Shown here: in pieces, positions 53,295-64,000 of the stretch
Numbering within the stretch: the first letter of the stretch is position 1
How the letters are laid out: every line of letters begins with the position of its first letter
Source of the DNA: Lingula anatina
Lineage: Eukaryota > Animalia > Brachiopoda
DNA length: 64,000 bases
Direction of reading: 5' to 3'
NCBI GenBank assembly: GCA_051362555.1
Contig: CM120646.1
Coordinates: forward strand, 248,001 to 312,000
Position numbers and translations under genes: made by a program
Notes under the pieces: model-generated
What the model was told of the DNA's origin: nothing
Seen by the model: only the letters and a program-made list of their open reading frames with translations
Database searches by the model: none

Positions 53295-55120
53295 GTAAAA
53301 TAAGTCAGTTTGGTTGTTGTTTAAGTGATGAAATCCTTTGGAGAGCTTTACATTTCACTATATTAACTACCCTTCATATTTCCATGGTGACCTCTGTGTA
53401 CAGCGCTTTTGTGTTTTATGGCAAAAGAAATCTCGGAAGAAAATATTTATCCTTTCACTGATTCATCTGGTTAGCTTTGATCACAGAGTCGAGAGTGTGT
53501 CCTCTTCACAGGGGGAATACTATATAGTATTGTGTTCTGTGGATGAAGTTTAGCATCCACTGGGCATTTACTGTCTGTGTGTCATTTAGAACAAAATATG
53601 AAACCAAGAGAGAATATTATGACAAATACAACTCCTACTTCTGATGGCATTAAGAGGAGACTTGATTTGTGACTTTTTGGCAAGGTTTTCCCATTTGAGC
53701 CTTGTGGGATACATTTTGAACTGTTAAGAATTCCACTAAAGAAATGTGCCCCAGGGACTTGCTGACTGGCCCGGACAGCCATCACGATGCCTTATTGGGG
53801 CATTTTGGTTCTATAGTCATCTGTATAGTAAAATTGTCATTAAGACTATTTCAGGTTCAGGTTAGTGCAGTATCATACTTCCTTTAGTTTTCAAAAAATG
53901 TCCATTTTCATGGGAAAATTCCATTAATTTTTAACACAGTTTTATTTGACCACTTCATGTATATGGCATTATCGTGCAGAGTGATATTTAATAACATGTT
54001 TTTGGCTTTACAAAACTCAATATTTTAACAAAGTCATGCATATCATTCTGTTTTATTTGATAATTATCTTAACTATTTGTCCAACATGATTATAAATTGA
54101 CATGGCTTTGAAGGCTTATATGTATATATATGCCTGGCATATAAAACTGTAAGCTTTGGTAAGCAGAGCAAGTGGAATGCTAATTTGTAGCATTTAGTGT
54201 TATCAGCTTTCCAAATCTTTTTTAAGAAGGGAAGGAATTTTGCTGAGAGACTGAAAGGCATCTCTGTTCCCCAGATATCTTATCACCAATCCTTTCTAAG
54301 TCTGTCAATTTGTACCGAGATAAAACCGAAGTCTCTTTCCTGAGAGTAATTTATATCTAAGAAAGTAAGAAATATCTGTGTTGGATTAAGTAAGTTGTAT
54401 TCAAGTCATACTAGTGACATAATTATATGATACCAACTGAAATGAAAGAGTGTTTTTCTGATTAATGATTGCTTTTTTTCTGAATTTTCCAATAGTTAAA
54501 TCTTTCCTGATTCTGTTCAAAACTCAATCTTTGATCTATAATTCTATTTTTAAAAAGAGACACTTGTCTGCCTCAAATTGGTCATCATGTTTTCTTACAA
54601 ATACAGCATTTTATTTGGTTTACGAGCCAGCCACTTAGACTGCAGTTTTCTGCGGGTAATTTTTGTCTTGAGACAAGACTTGACATTATAGCTTAGCTTG
54701 AAGCATGCTTTGTTTTTGGACAGTCTTTTTGTGTAGGGCACTTATTGATAATATCCTCAAGTATATGTCTAAGAAAATAATGAAGATTGGTTTATCTCAT
54801 CAAAGGGAGGTTTTTTTCTGTAGCATGATTTACTGAGTCTAGGTCAGTCGGCTCTGGATTAAGATGGATAGGACTTCTATGGAATCTTCGTGCCTTTAAA
54901 CGAGTTGAGGACAAAGTAATACTTTAGCCATCAGTAATCAAGTCGCTATATTGACTGGTAAATATGAAACAAGGGTCACCAGGGCATTGCATAGTGACTA
55001 ATTATATCAAAGATATGATGGTAGCTTTTCAGGGAATTGAATTTGATAGTACTGTATTTTTTTTATTTTAGTTTAAATGTATTTCACATTTTTCTGCTTT
55101 CAATAGCATGATATTGCACT

Positions 55121-56529
55121 ATGATTCCTGTACCACATTTCATGGCAGACCACCTGGTTCAGTGTTGTGATCCTGCACCGCATTTCATGGCAGACCACCT
55201 GGTTCAGTGTCGTGATCTGTACCACATGTTATGGCAGACCATCTGGTTCAGTGTTGTGATCCTGCACCACATTTTATGGCAGACCACCTGGTTCAGAGTC
55301 GTGATCCTGTATCACATTTGATGGCAGACCACCTGGTTCAGTGTGGAGATCCTGTACCACATTTCATGGCAGACCACCTGGTTCAGTGTCGTGATCCTGT
55401 ACCACATTTTATGGCAGACCACCTGGTTCAGTGTCGTGATCCTGTACCACATTTTATGGCAGACCACCTGGTACAGTGTCGTGATCCTGTACCACATTTT
55501 ATAGCAGACCACCTGGTACAGTGTCGTGATCCTGTACCATATTTCATGGCAGACCACCTGGCATAGTGTTGTGATCCTGTACCACATTTCATGGCAGACC
55601 ACCTGGTACAGTGTCGTGATCCTGTACCACATTTCATGGCAGACCACCTGGCATAGTGTTGTGATCCTGTACCACATTTCATGGCAGACCACCTGGTACA
55701 GTGTCGTGATCCTGTACCACATTTCATGGCATACCACCTGGTACAGTGTCGTGATCCTGTACCACATTTCATGGCAGACCACCTGGTTCAGTGTTGTGAT
55801 CCTGCACCACATTTTATGGCAGACCACCTGGTTCAGAGTCGTGATCCTGTATCACATTTGATGGCAGACCACCTGGTTCAGTGTGGAGATCCTGTACCAC
55901 ATTTCATGGCAGACCACCTGGTTCAGTGTCGTGATCCTGTACCACATTTTATGGCAGACCACCTGGTTCAGTGTCGTGATCCTGTACCACATTTTATGGC
56001 AGACCACCTGGTACAGTGTCGTGATCCTGTACCACATTTTATAGCAGACCAACTGGTACAGTGTCGTGATCCTGTACCACATTTCATGGCAGACCACCTG
56101 GCATAGTGTTGTGATCCTGTACCACATTTCATGGCAGACCACCTGGTACAGTGTCGTGATCCTGTACCACATTTCATGGCAGACCACCTGGCATAGTGTT
56201 GTGATCCTGTACCACATTTCATGGCAGACCACCTGGTACAGTGTCGTGATCCTGTACCACATTTCATGGCATACCACCTGGTACAGTGTCGTGATCCTGT
56301 ACCACATTTCATGGCAGACCACCTGGCATAGTGTTGTGATCCTGTACCACATTTCATGGCAGACCACCTGGTACAGTGTTGTGATCCTGTACCGCATTTC
56401 ATGGCATACCACCTGGTACAGTGTCATGATCCTGTACCACATTTCATGGCAGACCACCTGGCATAGTGTTGTGAACCTGTACCACATTTCATGGCAGACC
56501 ACCTGGTACAGTGTTGTGATCCTGTACCA
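55121..56529. repeat. 45-bp minisatellite (gtgatcctgtaccacatttcatggcagaccacctggtacagtgtc), ~31 units, with 540-bp higher-order duplication
   Basis: Variant units recur at a 540-bp offset (55261 versus 55801). Confidence 0.97.
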
Positions 56530-58634
56530 TAGTCCACAGCATAAAACAGGTTCCCTGACATGTCAACTACATCTATAGTATTACACAATGTTTTAAATGT
56601 TGGAAATTTTCTTGGTATAAGCATTTAATTCAAATAATTTTACAATGTTGAAAAAATGCCTCTCTTAATGAATAAAAAATAATTATCCATGAAAGCTGTA
56701 TCATTTTTAATATTCTGTGGTGTGAAACAATTGAACAGCTCTCACCAAGCATTGGTTTCCTTGAATAGCAAACTATAGTCCTAATTGTTAAAAGGTTCTT
56801 GTCTTCCAGGGACTAGCTTTAGGGAAGTTTCTTTACCATTGTTATGCAGTGAAACAGAAAACTGCACTTCTTGCTCATTATTCTTTCAGAAGCTAAGTAT
56901 TGCATCTTAGTTGCCGCATGGATACAAGTGGATTATCTTTATCTCACAGGGCAAATAGAATGTGAATTTTACTTTTAAAATATCATGTCTTTTATGACAT
57001 AACATTTCAGATGTTTATTTTTATTTTTCATTTATTTATTTATTTATTTCCTACCTTTACATTGCAAGTTTTGTAAAAGATCATTAATTATATTTCAATG
57101 AAGGAAATGCAAGTGGACACGGAGCATTAAAAATTTAAATGTACGCTAGGCATTAATTGCCAATGTCTGCCTGTTTTACGCAATCCAGTGGTGCTTTACG
57201 GCTGTTGTAATGATGTTCTGTCTGGGCGAATACACTGTACACTATGGCCATTTCTCAATTAATGAGATAAGATTATATCTGTGTCTATGGAATTGTGGAA
57301 TAAATATTAAACTTGAGTTTGTTACAGTCTGTTGACCACAAATCAGTTTAACCATGCATACAGCCATTAATGAAACCTATTTTATGACTTCAGGAGGTCT
57401 ATATTAGAGAAATTAATGCACAAATGATTCTTTTTCCTGCTTCCAGTTATTTCTAATTAGACACCAAAGACATTTTGGAAAAAATATTTTGTTGATTACA
57501 TAGTCAATGCTGTAGAATTCTGTATACAGATCAGGAAGATATTTCTAAGCTCTCAGTCAGGTATATTGAAAGCTAATTCTAGCAAGTTCACATGGTCACG
57601 GATTACCAAAGATAAAAGTGCATGCACCAGATATTAAAGTTTTAACAACAATTACTCATTTGTAAGGTGTAATTTTTAGCTGCCAATTTTGCTTCTATTA
57701 ATAAGTGCAGAAAACCATTAGCAAGCATTTTCTAAAACTGCCAGTTCAATTAATGGTCATTTCCCAGTTGTTAAAATTGAATAAGGCTACCAGTGTATCC
57801 AATGACCTATAGATCTTAAAAGGTCTATTTTTCTCTCAGGTAACTTTCAGGATAAAGAGGGTATTTTATCTTCATTTAACCTCAAGATCTGTGGAAGGTT
57901 TTTGTTCTAGGTTTGACTGATAGTTCACATTCTCTTTAGTAAATGACCATATGATGCCTACTGCCGTCTGTAAACACCTGAATGTCTTCTTGTTAACTTC
58001 TGGGATTGGCTCAGAATAACGTGGTAGAGCCAACAGGGAAGGATAACCTCTGACAACATGGCTTTGAATACAAAACAGTCATCCTGCTATCTCTGACTTG
58101 GATAGCTTCTTTAGGAAGCATTAGGAAATGTTGACAAGTTAAAGATTTTACGTAACATCTCCTGAGACCAGATGTTTACCATGTGACATCTCCTATGGGT
58201 AAAGCACGGCTCATCTGTCAAAATAAAGATATTCTGAAGTTGTGTTTCTACTCAGGTTGTGTAGAATTAACTTAGAACAGTTCATCTCAGTAGGTCACAT
58301 GATAGAAATTAGCACAAACCAGAAATTAGCACAAACCTGTCTAGAAGTTGGAGGTTTATCTCTATTACCTTGGTTATGGGTGGGACAAAACAAGGATTAC
58401 AACTGCTGCCTAGCTCATCAGTCAGACAGTGTAAGAAAACGGCAGGGTACCAAGATAACCCACCACCATTGTCTGAGAACACAACCTTCACTTGTCTGAA
58501 ATTCTTGAGAAAATGATTTTATTTCTGGTTTGTGCTGATGGCCACTGACTGGTGCTATTAAAACTCCCTGTGTCTGGTCACCTGATTCTGTGTGGCAGCC
58601 AATACCGTTATTTCACTAGAATAATGGTAGAGTT

Positions 58635-58772
58635 GGCTAAAGTTACCACACTAGTAGAGCATCCCTGGCTAAAGTTACCACACTAGTAGAGCATCCCTGG
58701 CTAAAGTTACCACACTAGTAGAGCATCCCTGGCTAAAGTTACCACACTAGTAGAGCATCCCTGGGTAAAGTT
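58635..58772. repeat. 32-bp tandem repeat (ggctaaagttaccacactagtagagcatccct), ~4 units
   Basis: Direct reading. Confidence 0.92.
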
Positions 58773-59860
58773 ATATGAAGAAGGTGTAATATTGTCTATA
58801 ATATGTAAGGTACAGATAGGTCACTGAAAACACTTACGTAATGCTTATTGACATAGCACTGTTTGTCAAAAAGAGGCATTGTTTAAAAAAAAAAGGATAT
58901 TTGATTACAGCGGCCATTTTGCACTTCCCAGAGATTGTACTCTAAAGCAGTTGTTACAATAAGTGGTGGGCGAGATGTCTGCCAAGTATCTGTTTTCTGA
59001 TGTCTGGAATATAATAGCTTTTTTCTTCAATCAGTTGAAATGCTACTTATATTTAAAGTGGTTGGTTTGTTAACATGACAATATGAGGATGCTGATAAAT
59101 TGCTGATTATATTTGTACACTACAATGTGGCATGCGTTACCGCCCTATGTTATGAAAATTTATATGTCATGTTTCCTTTGCGTGTCTTCTAAATAGGTTT
59201 TCAAGTTAGAAATTTGTGAAAAATATGTATGAAATAGTCTTCAGGAATAGCAGTTGTTTTGTTTGTGGTTGAATCATCATGCCATTTTGAAATATTATCC
59301 AGAAAAGACTTCATGTAAAGTACATTTTTATTCTGTGTTGAAGTGATCTACAAAATGAATTGTGTTGTCATAAAACCTAGTCTATATTGTCTACATTGTC
59401 TGTTGATGTATTTATCAAGAAATACAAGCCATTTATCACCAAAATGTCAGAGTGATTTTTTTTCCGTAGAAAATATCATGATACCAGTCACATATTTCCC
59501 AGTTTTTATCCTAATTGTGCCCTAGTTTGAAATAGGCTGACAACTTTTTCCTAATTAGTCTGTTAAATAAATTAACCCTTTGGCCTCCTGCTTATCACTA
59601 TGTTAGAGATAAGAAGGCGGGGCAGGTGGTAATTATGATTGACATCTGTCATTGATTTAACCAATCAGCCATCAGTGGGAAGAACCAAAGTAATATATGT
59701 GATGCTAGTTTCGGGATATTTTACAGTCTGGTTTTTAGTGCAGTTATAAAAGTAAAAATGATATGTTAATTTCTTTATACTTCTCAATATAGACATATAT
59801 ATATTACTGTGTAATTAACAAATTTGTGCATAAACATTTGTTAAAAATATAGTAATTTGG

Positions 59861-59861
<1 letters not shown>

Positions 59862-59922
<61 letters not shown>
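59862..59922. repeat. (TC)n microsatellite
   Basis: Pure dinucleotide run. Confidence 0.95.
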
Positions 59923-59926
<4 letters not shown>

Positions 59927-62344
59927 CTTAAAGTTTCTGCATACATCAGCAGTTATGAAGGACCAAAATATAAAAAGATATCTGTCACTTTGCAAATTTA
60001 TTTGATTAGTTTTTTCTTTCATTCATTTTATCATATATTTATTTGGACCCAAAAGTTGACAATTTTCCTATTTCTCCATGCTGTTAGTTGCCAATACATT
60101 CCCTTGAGGTATATTGATGACGATAATTGCGTTAAGCAAGAGCAGGTCTTGTTCTTAGTCTTAACAAGCCAAGACTGGGCATGAAAAGGCCTCGGGAGAG
60201 GTGGTAGCAAACCTTTCATAACGGGAGGGGAGAGAGATCTCATATCTAGGAGGCCAGGAAGACACCCTGCGCCTCATTGGCTGAGACAAAGGCTATGTTA
60301 ACTGGTCGATATCTGACCAGCCCATAAAGAATTCTCACGTTTTAAGTTACGTATATGACTCGTCTTTTTTCCTTCACTCCTGGTTGGTCTTTGAGTCGGG
60401 TCTGTAGGGACATAAGAGAGAAACCAGTCATCTCAGTTGGGAGAGACCTCAGCACCCTGTATACACAGCAGATGTGAACTATTTCATTAGCACTTTTATA
60501 AAAGTTCCTAGAAATTTGCTTTCCTCAGAAAATGCAGCCTAGGGTTTTAATGTGCCAGAGGTGGAGTGACTTCCTGTAAGATTCATTATCAGGATTTGTA
60601 CCAAGTTTTCATTCATCTACCAGTTTTCTGTGCTGAGAGCAGAGGAAATAATTGGGAAGATTGCAGTTAACACCAGGAAGGTGCACGACAAGGTGGAAGT
60701 ATTGACCGGTTAACTGGCTCACCAGTTAATGAAGTCTTCTAGATGTAATTTGACGGGTTATTGAGTAGTGCATTCAGCTCTCAGCCTATGGTGTGAGCTA
60801 CGACACACATTTCAATGGATAATTACTGCTCATTCTATCCAAATTTGATCACAACACTTGCTTAATTGGAATATAGCGTGCACTGGGGAGACCAGACAGA
60901 GCGAGAAAGGAGTAGATGGGGTTGCCCTGTATTGGTGTACGTGAATAGTAAACTAACTAAACATGGGGTTTTGTATTTTAAATCTTCCTATTTTTTGTAA
61001 GCCTTTAAAAAGACTGTTGAGTTCATTCTTCAAGTAAAATGAAGCTACAAAGAAAATTTGCTATATTTGACTTCAGTCAGTTGCTATAAGGTGATAAAGT
61101 GTGTTCATCAGATCTTTGTTTAAAATCCATGAGAATTTTTATCAGGAAATGCTAAATTATGGCTGCGTAATTGGTAAATTTTTCTTGTCTTCACACCCTA
61201 TCCCAGTAAAGTACCACTTAAATATTTAGGTGAAATACTGGAAAAAGTGCTTAATTGCAGGATTTCATGAAAACCTCTCTTGCCAGTTCAGTGTAGGTAT
61301 ATGTAGTGCAGATATTGATTGAGGGAGTTACACAGACATAATATGGCATTTGCCTGCCCCAGTCTCTCCAATACTAAACCTGTTATACTGTATTAGAAGG
61401 AGAACTTACAATTTTCCCATTATTAGTTGTTTAATCTGGTGCAGCTTTATGAATAATTTGGTTTTTATTATCGACAAAAAGAAAATTAAATTTGGAAAAT
61501 GTTTAATTCTTAAAAACCTTAATTTTTTGTCAATGACTGTCATTTGGAAAGCAATTACTTGTCACAGTGTTTCTTTGTAATTTGTAATTTATTTAATATG
61601 AACTAAATCCAAAAGCAAGGTAAACACTGGTGATCTAGTGCAAGATGCCTTTAAAGTTTTTGGTTTTTTTCTTTAAAGAAACACGCTCCATTTACAGGTA
61701 ATCTAAATTAAGGATTAAGTTGAGCAGTGTTCATCCATTGACTTTTCAACTGGAAGTAAAGATAAGTCATCACTGTAATTACTGCAAAGCAGCCATTGGC
61801 AAATATATTTGTCAGCAAAAATGGTGTGAAAAAAGCCAATTGATTTCCCAGAATTTTCCCAATAGGTCACTATGGGATAACCTTAGGTGGAATTAGGGAA
61901 AACTTGGTGGAAAAGCTGCTGTATTTAGAACTCGCTAATAAAAGCAGATTTTGGCAGCTTACAGTTTAATGCTTAAATAAATTTTTGCAGCCATAGTTTG
62001 TGAGTTGCAAATGTGATATTGTCCAAAAGAAAAAAGGCAGAGAAAATATATTTTAGACTTTTTGAAAGTTACAGTTTTCTAAGTGATTAAAAATTGAAAA
62101 CAAAAAAAGAACAGGATAATAAAGGACTGATCCTCTTTTGTTGTGTTAGTATAAGATTAGGTAAGCTTCCATGTGATTATCTCTTCTCCTCTTATTCATC
62201 GTCAAATATTATTGTAAGTTTGCATGCTGATTTTTACTGTATTGTGTATCTTTTCATTTTTCCTACCAGGCAAATAAGTGATTGGAATAATTAGTCTGCA
62301 ACCTCAAAACTCTGAACTTGCTGATCGCTGTTTTGAAATAAGAA

Positions 62345-62432
62345 GAGAACGGTGTCGGTGCTGCCCCCTGATGGTAGTGTGCTGCAGGGGGGGGGGGGGT
62401 CGTAATTGGCTAATTGACGTGTGAGGACGGCA
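62345..62432. promoter_or_regulatory. Candidate promoter/insulator patch upstream of the 63245 exon
   Basis: CpG/GC-rich patch with a CTCF-like motif (62361-62374, minus strand CCATCAGGGGGCAG), a G-run, ATTGG (reverse CCAAT) and TGACGT (CRE-like). Motif matches only. Confidence 0.35.
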
Positions 62433-63244
62433 AGGTTTTAATCATTTAGGATTTCCAGTATTTTGGAGAGGTGATGTGCTGACAGGAATTGACTGGCACG
62501 CATGGAAAGTGCTCCTGGGATTGAATGCACTTAATGTTGGGGTTCTTGCTGAACCGTGTGTTCACCTTCACTCGGTCATGTCTGGCAAACTAACAAAGAA
62601 AACCATGAAGACTTAATACAGTTAAGGTCTCTTAGGAGACAATTCTGCACTATGTTGGACTGAAAATGTGGTTATTTCATCAGTCCAGTATAAAGACCAA
62701 TACCAAGTCTTCACTAACTTCTTGTCCATTTAAACATCACCATTCACTTTATTGTTGATAAACTGGGCTAGAGCACATAGAATAAAAACAGAAAAAGTGA
62801 AAAAACTTTGATGCAGTTGGCCAGATCATTTGACTATTTGGCACAGTTTGTATCGTCCTAGTACCAAGTATGACCATGGATAGAAAAGATCCCCAATTTG
62901 GTATTGATCAACTGAAGGCAAATAACATTCATGGCATTGTTGCTTTCGGCAACATTAATTGACCATTGGTTTCGTGTAGTTTTCAAATTTTTCAAACATT
63001 CATTGTGGAAAAATAGTCACAGTTGGGAATAAGAAATTCTTGCCAGTGTCGTAACAATCAGGATAAAAATACCTATAGAAGATAGACCATGTGGAGACAC
63101 AGCAGTGATTGGAAGGAGGAAATACTGCCATAGTTTGGATCACAATCTCCTTATTTGTCTTGCTCTGTCTATCAAGTTAGTGGTTAACGGTTAAGACAGT
63201 GAAGATATATATATTTATATACCTAAGAACACTGACATAGCAGC

Positions 63245-63347
63245 ATGGCGTATCCCAAGACAGTAATGGCGTGGCTGTTCTGCTTTCTTATCGTCATGGA
63301 GACAATATCTGGGCCAGCCGCCTTACTGCAGTCAGATATATTCAGAG
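63245..63347 (+). CDS. Candidate first coding exon encoding a signal peptide (MAYPKTVMAWLFCFLIVMETISGPAALLQSDIFR-G)
   Basis: Strong start context agcATGg; in-frame upstream stop at 63233; hydrophobic core followed by TISG; phase-1 donor gag|gtatgt; CpG-rich. Confidence 0.7.
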
Positions 63348-64000
63348 GTATGTTCATAGGCTGACGGTTTTCCAGGTAATTTTATTGGTGGATGGCAGTA
63401 ACAATTAGTTCTTTATTTCTTACCATAGCAATTGAAGAAGAATTTCTTTTTCAGACGAGTTAAATTTTGAGTAAGAAATTTAATGTACCCACTGGATATA
63501 TGTGTGTGTATGTATATGGAAACGTACATGTTTGCGTATGTGAGTGGAAATATAACGCTTGTGTACATGTATGAATATTGTAAATGTATCTAAAGGTTGA
63601 CCTGCTGTTTTATGAATAACTATTTTAAACACAGAATCTTGTTTCCCTGTATATTATGACTCTGTTTATGGAGAGTGGCTGGTGAGAGGGCACAGCGGGG
63701 GTGGGGAGGGGGGGGGGTCCTCACCTCCACCCCACCATACTATTAAAAATGTCTCATATGTAGAAATTTTAACAAAGTTCAAGCTTAAACATTTTCTTTA
63801 GTGATCACAGGTTTGGGACGCCCTGTTCGTTCCCTGTTTTTGTACATGTGTCTCTCTTTGTACATAATTTGATTAAAGATATTAATGGTTTAACTGCACT
63901 TGGGTGAGGGAACTGCAAATTTGACTGTCTATTAAATAATCAATTCAGTTCCAAGCTCAGATGACTAGTGTAAAGAAAATAGAATGTAATGTTTGTGACA

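Noticed and set aside
28122-56624. Periodic ORFs at 28.1-28.7, 38.4-39.1, 48.7-49.7 and 55.1-56.6 kb
   Set aside because: All coincide with tandem repeats and appear in multiple frames.
20005-58772. CRISPR-like appearance of the 32-45-bp arrays
   Set aside because: Units are head-to-tail with no unique spacers, there are no cas genes, and the context is eukaryotic.
59610-60300. GC-box and CCAAT motifs as a further promoter
   Set aside because: Short motifs only; I found no associated exon or donor.

Overview
AT-rich animal genomic DNA, probably from an invertebrate. The HINE-type element and the repeat style suggest a mollusc or other lophotrochozoan, which is an inference. The window is mostly long introns of a + strand immunoglobulin-superfamily locus. 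Two exons (11853-11986, 12430-12610) splice into a complete V-type Ig domain resembling Ig1 of Turtle/IGSF9, probably preceded by a 90-nt Cys-containing exon (7938-8027). I found no Ig2 exon in the next 51 kb. Instead there are two separate ATG + signal-peptide exons with phase-1 donors (50096-50183, 63245-63347) and a candidate 21-nt microexon, suggesting alternative N-termini or tandem paralogues. The most striking structure is a young, 5'-truncated L1/Tx1-type LINE (22528-27457, intact 1253-aa EN-RT ORF2, 43-nt poly(A)) flanked by an apparently identical 526-bp direct repeat, i.e. a giant target-site duplication. Also present are a Kolobok-like MITE, a Tc1/mariner-like MITE, a Harbinger-like MITE inserted in a 70-bp repeat, a Helentron-type HINE with internal satellite arrays, and about a dozen minisatellites that explain most long ORFs. 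All calls were made by eye, with no database search.
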